A stretch of DNA of 48,196 bases from an uncultured Acidimicrobiaceae bacterium (GTDB taxonomy: Bacteria; Actinomycetota; Acidimicrobiia; Acidimicrobiales; SZUA-35): the NCBI GenBank assembly GCA_964351995.1, contig CAYGQE010000001.1:1-48196 (forward strand). Reading direction: 5' to 3'. The notes beneath the pieces were generated by a model. The model did not search any database. It worked only from the letters and a program-made list of their open reading frames with translations, and was not told the origin of the DNA. The number at the start of each line of letters is the position of its first letter. The first letter of the stretch is position 1. The position numbers were made by a program, and so were the translations under genes. Positions 1 to 9,017 of the stretch are shown piece after piece.

Positions 1-212
1 ACCGAAGCCCTTCCGAGCACGTCGCTGGCCTGGCTGGCCGAGGCGAGCACGACACCACTCGCTCCCGCAGCCTCAGCGGTGTGGCACGATGCGCACGAGC
101 GTTCGAGAATCGGCTGGATGTCGGTGCTGTAGACAACGGGGTCGAGCGAGAACGGATCGATCGCTTCTTCGACCAACGGCTCGGCCAGCGACGTGCTCGG
201 AAGGGCTTCGGT
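1..212. repeat. 30-bp perfect inverted repeat (1-30 vs 183-212) flanking a 152-bp segment inside the partial lipoprotein CDS
   Basis: The reverse complement of 1-30 (ACCGAAGCCCTTCCGAGCACGTCGCTGGCC) is identical to 183-212. The repeat may extend beyond the window start. Confidence 0.6.
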
Positions 213-368
213 GGTGTCCGGGGTCGAGGTCGTTGTCTCGATCGGTGTGGCGTCGTCGTTCGGGACGAACAGGTTCGGCTCCTCCACCGCACGCTCGTTC
301 TCCGCCGAACACGCGCCCAACAACGCCAGTCCGAGAACCATCAGACCAAGCAACCAATGAGCGCGCAT
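1..368 (-). CDS. Secreted lipoprotein, partial; the 3' end lies beyond the window start
   Basis: Minus-strand ATG at 366-368. My own translation gives MRAHWLLGLMVLGLALLGACSAENER..., with a signal peptide and an LLGAC lipobox. The frame stays open with no stop down to position 1. The ORF track does not list it because it is truncated by the window edge. Its function is unknown. Confidence 0.5.
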   Translation of the reverse strand, partial: MRAHWLLGLMVLGLALLGACSAENERAVEEPNLFVPNDDATPIETTTSTPDTTEALPSTSLAEPLVEEAIDPFSLDPVVYSTDIQPILERSCASCHTAEAAGASGVVLASASQASDVLGRAS

Positions 369-477
369 GACGCCGACGGTACTCGACTCGCCGAAACCCG
401 ATGGCGCGACCGCGACCCCTGAGGCAACGCGGTGCCCATGATCTTGTGAACTGCTCGAACGACGCATCGACTTCAAG

Positions 478-501
478 TTGGGAGGGGTCGGGTCCTCCCA
501 A
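478..501. repeat. GC-rich palindromic element TTGGGAGGGGTCGGGTCCTCCCAA (copy 1); hairpin with 8-bp stem and 8-nt loop
   Basis: A 24-mer identical to 3575-3598. It sits 1 nt downstream of the stop codon (503-505) of the minus-strand dioxygenase gene, in the gap before the next minus-strand gene. It probably acts as a terminator-like hairpin. Confidence 0.7.
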
Positions 502-502
502 G

Positions 503-1882
503 TCAGTCCGAGATCCAGCTTCCGTGGGCGCCATAGGGCACTCGTTGCGGCAGCTGGATGCTGGCGACCGGCGGCGCTGAGAAGTTCTGAGCGTCGATGA
601 TCACGAAGCTCGACACGCCGGTGGCTTCGTCGTGGACCAGGTTCATGATCCAGCCGTCATCCTCGCCGGCATCAATGGCTCGGGGAGCAAACACCGGCTC
701 GGCGCCGTGCACGTGGTTCCCACCGAGCGAGTGCTCCTCAAAGGCACCGCTGCGCAGGTCGTATTTGAACAGCGACGAGCCGTAGACCGGCTCGGTTCCG
801 TCGTCATCGCCGAGGGCCATCATGTAGCCGAAGCGAGCATCGAGCCCGACCAATCGCTCGTCGACCCGACCGAAGTCTGCGTTGCGGTCGTCGATCTGTT
901 CCTCGGTGACCGTGCCTGCAGTGAGGTCGATGGTCCACTTCCACAGGAAAGATCCGTCATCGGAGTAGTCGTCGCCACCCGAGCCGTAGGCCGAGTCCTT
1001 GCGGGCGACGTGCAACACGATCCGTTCCTCACCGTTCGGCCCGGTCTCTTCGAACGCGTTGACCGGATGGAAGACGTAACACGGCTCGATCTCGAACCAT
1101 CGCACATCAGCGTTGGTGCCATTGCGAGGCATCACGCCAAGCCGCGCCCCCTCTTCCTTCTTGAACTGGAACGGCAATCCTGTGTGGACAACGCTCAGGT
1201 CAAAGCAGAGCGGCAGATCCATGAACACAACGTGATTCCGGGTGACGTTGAAGTCATGCATCATCACCATGTTGGGGATCTCGATCGGCTCGAGCTGCAG
1301 AAGTGAACCCTGCGGGCTGACACGGATGTAGTTGAGGAACGGGGGTTCGTACGACATGTAGGAGAAGGCGAGCAGCTCGCCGGTGACCGGACAGATCTTC
1401 GGGTGAGCCGTCATCGACGTGGTGAGCGCACCGCCGTAATTCTGGACACCGAGCGTGTTGAGTTCGGTGTCGATCCGCCAGGGCCAGTGGCCCTCCTCGA
1501 GGCACAGGATCTCGCCGTTGTGGGGCAGCACGTGGGTGTTGCCCGTGCCTCGCAGAAAGTCCATCGTGCCGCCGCCTCCGGTCCGCTTCGGCTTCTCGCC
1601 GGTGATCCGCTCGGTCTGGATCATGCGGTTGCGGTACCACTCGGCCCGGCCTTCGGACAGACGGATGCCGTGCACCATGCCGTCACCGAAGAACCAGTGA
1701 GCCGACGTGCCCGACTCTGGGTTGGGACCGGTGCGGATGTAGACGCCGTTCAACTCGGGCGGAATCGTCCCCTCGACGACGAGCTCCGTCTCGGTGCGCT
1801 CTTCGTGCATCGGGGCCCAGTTGCCCCGTAGGTGCCACGGCACCTGGACGTCCTCAGTCCCGGGTTCTGTCGTGGTCATCAT
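503..1882 (-). CDS. Carotenoid / apocarotenoid cleavage dioxygenase (RPE65/CCD family)
   Basis: The ORF is 503..2059. I trimmed it to the internal start MMTTTEPG at 1882, because the longer N-terminus would overlap the divergent neighbour. Family-typical length is about 460 aa, with conserved His-containing segments (HWFFGDGMVHG, HDFNVT, HVARKD) spread along the protein. This assignment is family recognition, not a search result. Confidence 0.8.
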   Translation of the reverse strand: MMTTTEPGTEDVQVPWHLRGNWAPMHEERTETELVVEGTIPPELNGVYIRTGPNPESGTSAHWFFGDGMVHGIRLSEGRAEWYRNRMIQTERITGEKPKRTGGGGTMDFLRGTGNTHVLPHNGEILCLEEGHWPWRIDTELNTLGVQNYGGALTTSMTAHPKICPVTGELLAFSYMSYEPPFLNYIRVSPQGSLLQLEPIEIPNMVMMHDFNVTRNHVVFMDLPLCFDLSVVHTGLPFQFKKEEGARLGVMPRNGTNADVRWFEIEPCYVFHPVNAFEETGPNGEERIVLHVARKDSAYGSGGDDYSDDGSFLWKWTIDLTAGTVTEEQIDDRNADFGRVDERLVGLDARFGYMMALGDDDGTEPVYGSSLFKYDLRSGAFEEHSLGGNHVHGAEPVFAPRAIDAGEDDGWIMNLVHDEATGVSSFVIIDAQNFSAPPVASIQLPQRVPYGAHGSWISD

Positions 1883-1955
1883 GTCCTCCCTTTCGTCGAG
1901 CGGCCATCCTGACCTAGCGTCTGTGACGTTCGCCACTCGAAGATCGAGGTACCAG

Positions 1956-3527
1956 ATGGCTGTGCTCACCAAGGATGCTGCTGCAGAGCGAGGCAACGAC
2001 CTCGCCCTCGCTGACGAGGTTCGCACCCGAACGTGGGCCGAGCTCGACACCCATGTCAATCAACTGGTGCACGCCATGCGAGACGCTGGGATCGGCGCTG
2101 GCGACACGATCGCGCTCATCGCCGGCAACAGCGTCGAATGGTTCGAGACCATGTTCCTTGCCGCCCATGCCGGCCTGACCGTTGTGCCGGTCAACTGGCA
2201 TCTCGTTGGCCCCGAGATCGCCTACATCTTGAGCGACTCCGGGGCGAAGGCCGTGATTGCCGGTCACCAGTTCGAAGCAGCGGTCGCCAACGCGCTGGAT
2301 GATCCCTCGACCTCTACGGTCGAGCTCGCCTTGATCACCACCGGGCCCGATGCACCAACTACTGATCGCTTCCAGTCATACGACGAGTTCTTGGCGAGCG
2401 GCTCGGTTGAGGAGCCAGAAGGCCAGAGCTTCGGTGGCCCGATGTTCTACACCTCGGGCACGACGGGTCATCCCAAAGGGGTCAGTGGTTCGCTTGCGAG
2501 CATGCCGCCGGGAAGCGATCCGTCGATCTGGCAGCTGATCGGCAGCGGCATCGCTGGGTTCCTTCCCACTCCCGGCCGGACGGCCCTGTGCGGCCCGGCC
2601 TACCACTCGGCGCAATGGGCATTCTCGTTCTTGCCGCTGGTCGTCGGCTCATCCATCGTGATGCAGCACAAGTACGACAGTGCTGGCTTGCTCCGCATGA
2701 TCGATGAGCACGCCGTCACCAACGTGCACTTGGTGCCAACCCAGATGAAGCGGCTCACCGACCTTCCCAACGAGGTGAAGGCTGGCTTCGATGGCTCGTC
2801 GCTCGAGATGGTCCTGCATGGCGCAGCTCCATGCCCTCCAGGAGTGAAGCAATCGATGATCGACTGGTGGGGTCCGAAGATCACCGAGTACTACGGCTCG
2901 ACCGAAGGATCGGTCATCACGATGATCGATTCGGCCCAGTGGATGGCCAAGGGAGGCAGTGTCGGCCCTCCCTTGCCGGGTTTCGAGATCCTCGTGATCG
3001 ATGATGCCGGCCAGCGGGTCGGGCCGAATGAGAGTGGCACGCTCTACTTCCGCAGCGGGGCCGACTTCAGCTACCACAACGCGCCAGAGAAGACCGCCGA
3101 GGCTCACCTCGAACCCGGTGTCTTCACCACTGGCGACGTGGGCTTCCTCGACGATGAGGGCTATCTCTGGCTGAGCGATCGCAAGATCGACATGATCATC
3201 TCCGGCGGCGTCAACATCTACCCGGCCGAGATCGAGGGAGCCCTCGGCGACCACCCGTTGGTTGCTGATGTGGCCGTGATCGGTGTGCCAAACGATGACT
3301 TCGGCGAAGAGGTCAAAGCCGTGGTGGTGTTGAGCGACCGGGTTTCACCGCAAGACCAGGCCGCAACACTCGACCAACTTCGTGCCCACTGTCGAGAAAA
3401 CCTTGCCGGCTACAAGGTGCCCCGCTCGATCGATGTGGTCCACGAGCTTCCTCGCACCGGCACCGGCAAGGTCCAGAAGCGCAAGCTGCGTGACCCCTAC
3501 TGGGCTGACACCGATCGAGCGATTTAG
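1956..3527 (+). CDS. Acyl-CoA synthetase / AMP-dependent ligase (FadD-like)
   Basis: The AMP-binding motif YTSGTTGHPKGV is present, and the C-terminal GKVQKRKLRD lysine motif is present. I took the start at the internal ATG 1956 (MAVLTKDAAAERGNDLAL...), because the upstream part of the 1794 ORF overlaps the divergent gene. Confidence 0.85.
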   Translation: MAVLTKDAAAERGNDLALADEVRTRTWAELDTHVNQLVHAMRDAGIGAGDTIALIAGNSVEWFETMFLAAHAGLTVVPVNWHLVGPEIAYILSDSGAKAVIAGHQFEAAVANALDDPSTSTVELALITTGPDAPTTDRFQSYDEFLASGSVEEPEGQSFGGPMFYTSGTTGHPKGVSGSLASMPPGSDPSIWQLIGSGIAGFLPTPGRTALCGPAYHSAQWAFSFLPLVVGSSIVMQHKYDSAGLLRMIDEHAVTNVHLVPTQMKRLTDLPNEVKAGFDGSSLEMVLHGAAPCPPGVKQSMIDWWGPKITEYYGSTEGSVITMIDSAQWMAKGGSVGPPLPGFEILVIDDAGQRVGPNESGTLYFRSGADFSYHNAPEKTAEAHLEPGVFTTGDVGFLDDEGYLWLSDRKIDMIISGGVNIYPAEIEGALGDHPLVADVAVIGVPNDDFGEEVKAVVVLSDRVSPQDQAATLDQLRAHCRENLAGYKVPRSIDVVHELPRTGTGKVQKRKLRDPYWADTDRAI

Positions 3528-3574
3528 CCCCAAACGAAGTGCCGGCGGTTCATCGGCGGCACCAGTCGACTGAC

Positions 3575-3598
3575 TTGGGAGGGGTCGGGTCCTCCCAA
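3575..3598. repeat. GC-rich palindromic element, copy 2 (identical 24-mer)
   Basis: TTGGGAGGGGTCGGGTCCTCCCAA sits between the convergent gene ends at 3527 (+) and 3612 (-). Confidence 0.7.
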
Positions 3599-3611
3599 CT
3601 GGCTCGCTACT

Positions 3612-5024
3612 TCAATCGAGCAAGCGGGCGGTGCGCATCACGCCAGTGGCCCGATCGATGAACGTGCCGCTTGCCGCGTCCATGGCAATGATCATGGCCG
3701 GGCCATTCGGATGTTCTTCGAACCACCAGATGCGGTGCAGTTGTGTCGACTGTGTGGCTGTGTCGACGCCGTAGTCAGTTCGGAATGTGAGATCGCAAGG
3801 ATCCTCGGCACTGCAATCGGCATCGGGGTTCGCAAGCAGGTCGAACTGGATGACTTCGGTGCCATCGATGTCGAACCGCTCGATGTCACTCACCGACACC
3901 GCCGATGGCGGGGAGGCGAGGAAGGCCTCGATGTCGTCCATGAGCACGGCCTCACCGGCAACGAGGGGTCCCGCTGTTGGCACCGCATCAACCATGCCGT
4001 TGACCATCACCAGGTCTCGATCACCGGGGCCAATACTTCCCGTGGCCCCGATGGCAACGATCCCGGGGAAGTTCGGGAGCACGAACCAGTCCTCCCCGAG
4101 GTCGAGTACGAGGGCTCGACCGAAATTGTCGATCAGGTAACTACCAGGCTCGACCGGTGAGAAGGGGGCCCCGAGGAGTGGGGGTCCCCCTTCTACAACG
4201 TCGGCTGGCGGGGCCGGCTCGCCAGCTGGCTCCTCAGCCGCAGCCGTGTCGGAGGTCAGGACCTCGTCAAGGCCAGGACCGGTGAACGCCATGCTCGCCA
4301 GCAGCGTGCCGAACGCTGGCTCGAGTGTCTGGGCTTGGTCGGGCTCGAAGAAGGTCATGCCCGCCGTGAGGAGCCCACTTGGCGTTTCAGCGACGAAGGT
4401 GATGCCAAAGGGGAACGGGGACGCACCACTCTGCGGTTCGCTTCCCCGTCGTTGATCTGCGAACAAGAGCGTGTCAGCAGCAGCCAGGGGCGCCTCGGTG
4501 CGGTAGCCAATGAGGCGATACCCGAGGACATCGATCGCCGTTCCTGTTGGTTCGATCGTTGCGCCTGGCACCGACTCGATCGCCGCAATGAAGTCTGCGG
4601 GTTCGCTCACTGGATCGCCGCTCATCAATTGCGAAATGAGCCCAACAGCCGCCGTCGGACCGAACTCGTCAATGGGCCGATCGGAAACAACGACGGTGTC
4701 ACCGGACACGAACAGAGGGTCGCCATCTGCCACCTGGAAGGCCACCCCGCCCATCGAGGAGCCGCGATACAGCTGACGCCCTTCGTCTGGGCGAGTCGCA
4801 AAGGTCACAACATCGACAGAGGCTCCGTCGTCGGCGACATCGGGCTCGGCAGCATCCCGGACATCGCCCTCCAGGAGCGTGGTCTCAGTCGAGTCCACCT
4901 CGACAGCTTGCGTAGCATTCGCGCCGTCAGATGAGTTCGAACAGGCCGTGGCAACGAGTACGAGGGCCAGAACGCCCGATCGAAGTAGGTGCTGTCGGCG
5001 GCGAAGGCGATGGCTGCTGAACAT
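3612..5024 (-). CDS. Secreted lipoprotein of unknown function (about 470 aa, acidic)
   Basis: The internal ATG at 5024 is preceded by GGGGGA 6 nt upstream. The N-terminus MFSSHRLRRRQHLLRSGVLALVLVATACSNSS is a signal peptide with an L-V-A-T-A-C lipobox. I recognise no catalytic motif. Confidence 0.6.
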   Translation of the reverse strand: MFSSHRLRRRQHLLRSGVLALVLVATACSNSSDGANATQAVEVDSTETTLLEGDVRDAAEPDVADDGASVDVVTFATRPDEGRQLYRGSSMGGVAFQVADGDPLFVSGDTVVVSDRPIDEFGPTAAVGLISQLMSGDPVSEPADFIAAIESVPGATIEPTGTAIDVLGYRLIGYRTEAPLAAADTLLFADQRRGSEPQSGASPFPFGITFVAETPSGLLTAGMTFFEPDQAQTLEPAFGTLLASMAFTGPGLDEVLTSDTAAAEEPAGEPAPPADVVEGGPPLLGAPFSPVEPGSYLIDNFGRALVLDLGEDWFVLPNFPGIVAIGATGSIGPGDRDLVMVNGMVDAVPTAGPLVAGEAVLMDDIEAFLASPPSAVSVSDIERFDIDGTEVIQFDLLANPDADCSAEDPCDLTFRTDYGVDTATQSTQLHRIWWFEEHPNGPAMIIAMDAASGTFIDRATGVMRTARLLD

Positions 5025-5091
5025 GTGATTCCCCCATTGTTGGTTCGCGATCCACAACGACGGGCGACCACGCTTTCTGTCGCGGTGACTC

Positions 5092-5117
5092 GGAAATGCT
5101 GTCACGATGTTCCCGTT
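5092..5117 (+). promoter_or_regulatory. ECF-sigma-type promoter: GGAAAT-N16-CGTT, upstream of the ECF sigma gene
   Basis: GGAAAT lies at 5092-5097, followed by a 16-nt spacer and CGTT at 5114-5117. This matches the common ECF autoregulatory consensus GGAAC-N16/17-CGTT. It sits about 40 nt upstream of the sigma start. Confidence 0.4.
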
Positions 5118-5155
5118 GGCGACAGATTCGAGGGAGGTGCGTCGTCGTACCAGGC

Positions 5156-5713
5156 ATGAGGACCCCGAGCGACACGAACGCGGCACCGCTTTGCGCTCCC
5201 GACGTCCGTCAGCACCTCATTGATCTCTACGAAACAACCGTCGGAGATCTCTATCGGTTCTGCCTCTCACGAACGGGAGACCGGGCTGTTGCTGACGACG
5301 CCACTGCCGAAGCATTCCTTGCCGCAGCTCGAACGCTTCGAGAACACCCGGAGTCGGTCGTTGATCGTTCGTGGCTGTTCGTTGTTGCGAAGCGAAGAAT
5401 TGTCGATGCGTGGCGAGCCGAGGAGCGAAACGTTCGAAGACTCAACCGTTTGCGCAAGGAACGATCATCGGCCGACCACGACCCGATCGACGAGATGTTG
5501 GAGGATGGCGGGCGCTCCGAGGCAGTACTGCAGGCACTGCAGTCGCTACCGCCGAGACAAAGGGCAGCGATCACCTTGCGCTACCTCGACGAATGCTCAG
5601 TAGCCGAAGTGGCCGAAACGCTGGGGTGCGAGTACCAAGCCGCTGAATCACTTCTGGCACGTGGGCGACGTGGCTTTTCGATGGCGTGGCAGGAACAGAG
5701 GACACAGCGATGA
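5156..5713 (+). CDS. ECF (sigma-70 family, group 4) RNA polymerase sigma factor
   Basis: Sigma-70 region 2 (DLYRFCLSRTGDRAVADDATAEAFL) and region 4 (LPPRQRAAITLRYLDECSVAEVAETLGCEYQAAESLLARGRRG) are both present. The exact start is uncertain: ATG 5156 is chosen, and the track's 5096 start lies inside the promoter. Confidence 0.8.
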   Translation: MRTPSDTNAAPLCAPDVRQHLIDLYETTVGDLYRFCLSRTGDRAVADDATAEAFLAAARTLREHPESVVDRSWLFVVAKRRIVDAWRAEERNVRRLNRLRKERSSADHDPIDEMLEDGGRSEAVLQALQSLPPRQRAAITLRYLDECSVAEVAETLGCEYQAAESLLARGRRGFSMAWQEQRTQR

Positions 5714-6573
5714 CCGGGGAAAATTCTGAGCTGCTCACCGACTCTGAAATGGCCGAGCTTCTGCGATCACTCGAGACCCACAGTCAGCCGAACTCGGGAG
5801 AACGCGAACGACTCCTCAACGACATGCTCTCTGTTTTCGACGGCGTGAACGAGGCGGACGATCCACGACCCAGCATTGCCACCGTGATCGACGACGAGGT
5901 CACAACGCCACGGAAAGCCTCGACGCTGCGAACCGGCGAGTGGTTCTTGGCTGCCGCAGCCGTGCTGGCCCTCGCCTTCTGGGTCTCGAGACCTGATGTC
6001 TCGAACACCGCCGTCACCGCCTCGGAGACCACCGACCCAGTGCAGTCGGGGCCGACATCGCAGTCGGATGACCCCGGGACTGCAGTGCGATTCTCCAACT
6101 TTGGCGATGGAATACAGCTCCCCTTGCCAGACGGCATCACCGTGGTCGAAGAAACCAGCGATCGAATCTCCTTCACCAGGTCTGCTGATGATCTCTCTGG
6201 CTCGGCCGCCATCGTCCTGATCGCTACAGGGACCACGGACATTGATCAAGAGATCGAGCGTCTCGTTGACGACGAAGCCATCGTCGTCAACGACAGCCGC
6301 GTTCGTGTCGGGGATCAACTCCGCTCTCGCTGGGAAGTCACCATCAGCAACACCACCGCAGCAGATCTCGATTGTGTGGGCATCCAGCCGTGTTTGATCA
6401 TCCCGACCGACGGCGCTGACGTCGTGGTGTGGTCCGGAATCCCGACGATCATCACCTCTCTCGACGTCGATGAGGCCTCGCATGCCGTTTGGCTCGTTCG
6501 GCTCACGAGCTATCAGGACGCACGTGGGCGGACCGTCAGCGGCGAGATGTTGAACGGACTCGAGTTCGGCTGA
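5710..6573 (+). CDS. Putative anti-sigma factor (single transmembrane helix, extracytoplasmic C-terminal domain)
   Basis: The ATG at 5710 overlaps the sigma stop as ATGA, which is translational coupling. A cytoplasmic N-terminal segment is followed by one hydrophobic helix (WFLAAAAVLALAFWV) and a roughly 190-aa C-terminal domain. Calling it an anti-sigma factor is inferred from position. Confidence 0.6.
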   Translation: MTGENSELLTDSEMAELLRSLETHSQPNSGERERLLNDMLSVFDGVNEADDPRPSIATVIDDEVTTPRKASTLRTGEWFLAAAAVLALAFWVSRPDVSNTAVTASETTDPVQSGPTSQSDDPGTAVRFSNFGDGIQLPLPDGITVVEETSDRISFTRSADDLSGSAAIVLIATGTTDIDQEIERLVDDEAIVVNDSRVRVGDQLRSRWEVTISNTTAADLDCVGIQPCLIIPTDGADVVVWSGIPTIITSLDVDEASHAVWLVRLTSYQDARGRTVSGEMLNGLEFG

Positions 6574-6612
6574 CCTGCTCCTGGCCCGCTGCGTTTCATC
6601 TAGCGTTGGGCC

Positions 6613-7356
6613 ATGAAGCTCATTCCTTTGGAGATCGGTCGCCTCGAGGCCAGCCTGTCCATCATCACCGGCGCGGACGACACCGCCACCCTGCCAATTC
6701 CGAGCTGGTTGGTCGAGCATCCCGCTGGCTTGCTGCTGTTCGACACCGGACTCCACCCCGACCTCCAGACCAGCACCGATCGCATCGGCCGCTCGGCTCG
6801 ATTCTTCACGCCCGACTTCCCGGTCGGCGAAGAACTGGCCGCTCGATTGAACGCCCAGGGCATCCGCCCGTCCGACATCACCCACATCGTGTTCAGCCAT
6901 CTGCACTTCGACCACGTGGGTGGCACGGCCGAGGTGCCAGACGCTCGCATCATCGTGCAAGCCGACGAATGGTCGGCTGGCACTGATCCCCGGTTGATCG
7001 AGAAGGGCGCCTACATGCCCGACGACTATGTGCTGGGTCACGACATCCAGACCATCGAAGGGCTGCACGATGTGTTCGGCGACGGCAAGGTCATCTGCGT
7101 ACCGACACCCGGCCACACGATCGGGCACCAGTCGCTACGAGTGAACCTCGATGCTGGCCCCGTCGTGCTCACCGGCGACTGCATCTACTTCCACGAAATG
7201 CTCGAGAGCATGCAGGTGCCGAAGTTCGGTTACGACACCGACCAGCAGAAAGCGTCAATGATCGAGCTGCGGCGGCTCCGAGACGACGAGGGCTGTCGCC
7301 TGTTGTTCGGCCACGACGTCGATCAATTCCGCTCGCTCCCCGCTGTGCTCACGTAG
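6613..7356 (+). CDS. MBL-fold metallo-hydrolase, N-acyl-homoserine-lactonase (AiiA)-like
   Basis: The HxHxDH zinc motif (HLHFDHVGG) is present together with downstream His/Asp ligands (PGHTIGH, GHD). Size is about 250 aa, typical of AHL lactonases. The substrate is not proven. Confidence 0.75.
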   Translation: MKLIPLEIGRLEASLSIITGADDTATLPIPSWLVEHPAGLLLFDTGLHPDLQTSTDRIGRSARFFTPDFPVGEELAARLNAQGIRPSDITHIVFSHLHFDHVGGTAEVPDARIIVQADEWSAGTDPRLIEKGAYMPDDYVLGHDIQTIEGLHDVFGDGKVICVPTPGHTIGHQSLRVNLDAGPVVLTGDCIYFHEMLESMQVPKFGYDTDQQKASMIELRRLRDDEGCRLLFGHDVDQFRSLPAVLT

Positions 7357-9017
7357 GCCCGCCAACCGCCGAACGACGTGACTTCGGTGGAACCTTCCAA
7401 CGCACGGGGCTCGCACACGAAACCGGTGAGCTCCCGACCATCGGCAAGTGTGACGGTGCCGAGAGCAAGCGGTGCAGGAACCATCGTGAGGAAGGTGCCG
7501 AGCGCTGCAGGGGTGAGATCCCAGACGTCGACCTGAAGCGACGAACCCTCGAGATCAAAGATCACTCCCGGCTTCTTCGGCGGTCCACCCTCGAGAGCGA
7601 ACAGTCGATAGGTGGGTGCGGTTTGGGTTGTCTCGCGCCACACAGCGCCAAGGTCGGTCAGCTGCCACTCGAGCGGTTGCCCCTTGAGATGGGCACCAGC
7701 GACGACCAGCGGAATCATCGACTCCGCTCCGGGCTTCGGCTGCGGACTGCCCAAGACTTCACCGGCCACCATCATCAGCAGCTCATCGCTCCATGCCTTG
7801 CCATAGAGAGTGACGCCGAGCGGAACGGGTGACGAGTCGTCAGCTGGAATCGGAATCGAGAGTCCGGCGAGGTCGACCAAATTGGCGAACGTGGTGAAGC
7901 GCCCAAGCACACTGTTCACCCCAACGGGATCGGCCGCGACCTCGGCCAGCGAGGCGCCATGCGGCGTGGTGGGGAGGACCAACACGTCGATCTCGGCCAT
8001 GGCCTCGTCGATTTGGCGACGGAGAATTGCGAGGGAACCGGCGGCGTCGAAGACGTCGATCGCTGAGTATGCGAACCCGCCCGAGATGATCGCAGCGACT
8101 GTCGAGTCGACGGCGTCTAGGTGTTCGGCGATGAAGGCGCCGACCGCGTAGGTGCGCTCGGCCACCCAGGGACCGCCGTAGAGAAGATCGCCAGCGGCCG
8201 CGAAGGGAGCGAAGTCGATGGCCGATCGACGGTCCGCAGGGAGGGCATCGACCATCTCCACGTAGGCAGCGATCGTCCGGTCATCGGCGCCGAAGCTCGC
8301 CAGTACGTCAGCCTCGAGCACGCCGAAGCGAACCGCATCAACCGGCGGAGGCGAGACGGGCGGCCGCGAATACGGATCGGTATGCACGAAGCCCGATGCC
8401 GCTTCCAACACCAAGCGTGCGACATCAAGATCTGCGGCAAAGATCGACACGCAGTCGAGCGTGCGTACGGCGGGAACGACCCCCAGGGTCGACAACCGGC
8501 CAACCGTCGGCTTCACGCCGATCACTCCGCAGAACGCCGCCGGCACCCGTCCAGAACCTGCGGTGTCGGTACCGAGTGCGAAGTCGACGAGGCCACGAGC
8601 GGTCGCAACCGCAGAGCCCGAGCTCGATCCGCCGGGCACGTGCTCGGGATCGAACGGGTTGCGGGCCGTGCCGTAGGGAGAGCGCGTGCCGACCAAGCCC
8701 GTGGCGAACTGATCGAGGTTCGTCTTGGCAACGGGCAGAGCCCCCGCATCGATCAGCTGTTGCACCACCGGGGCGGATCCATCGGGGTCGTAGGCGTAGG
8801 CAGGGCAGCCCGCCGTGGTCGCCATTCCAGCGACGTCGATGTTGTCCTTTGCACCGAAGATCAAGCCGCGCAACGGCACGGCGGCTGCCGGCTTGGCGTC
8901 GATCGCCGACGCCAGCGACCGCAAGACCTCGGCGTTGCCGATCGAGATGAAGATGGCCGAGTCATCCAACTGTTCGATGTCAGAAAAGAATCGATCGAGT
9001 CGCTCTGCAGCGCTCAC
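7323..9017 (-). CDS. Allophanate hydrolase (amidase-signature N-domain plus allophanate-hydrolase C-domain)
   Basis: The amidase signature [10 protein letters not shown] and an upstream Ser/Lys context are present. The roughly 110-aa C-terminal extension is typical of AtzF-type allophanate hydrolases. The start is a GTG at 9017 that overlaps the upstream stop as GTGA. Confidence 0.8.
   Translation of the reverse strand: MSAAERLDRFFSDIEQLDDSAIFISIGNAEVLRSLASAIDAKPAAAVPLRGLIFGAKDNIDVAGMATTAGCPAYAYDPDGSAPVVQQLIDAGALPVAKTNLDQFATGLVGTRSPYGTARNPFDPEHVPGGSSSGSAVATARGLVDFALGTDTAGSGRVPAAFCGVIGVKPTVGRLSTLGVVPAVRTLDCVSIFAADLDVARLVLEAASGFVHTDPYSRPPVSPPPVDAVRFGVLEADVLASFGADDRTIAAYVEMVDALPADRRSAIDFAPFAAAGDLLYGGPWVAERTYAVGAFIAEHLDAVDSTVAAIISGGFAYSAIDVFDAAGSLAILRRQIDEAMAEIDVLVLPTTPHGASLAEVAADPVGVNSVLGRFTTFANLVDLAGLSIPIPADDSSPVPLGVTLYGKAWSDELLMMVAGEVLGSPQPKPGAESMIPLVVAGAHLKGQPLEWQLTDLGAVWRETTQTAPTYRLFALEGGPPKKPGVIFDLEGSSLQVDVWDLTPAALGTFLTMVPAPLALGTVTLADGRELTGFVCEPRALEGSTEVTSFGGWRAYVSTAGSERN

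Noticed and set aside
73-534. Overlapping ORFs 73-534(-), 81-422(+) and 89-370(+) at the window start.
   Set aside because: Their translations are Arg-rich nonsense. The same region encodes a convincing lipoprotein with a signal peptide in another minus-strand frame (1-368).
1794-1955. The longer N-terminus of the acyl-CoA ligase ORF, and likewise the long N-termini of ORFs 503-2059, 3612-5186, 22469-23977, 10956-11444 and 11516-12280.
   Set aside because: The extensions overlap neighbouring genes or promoters, lack family conservation, and internal starts with RBS or stop/start overlaps fit better.
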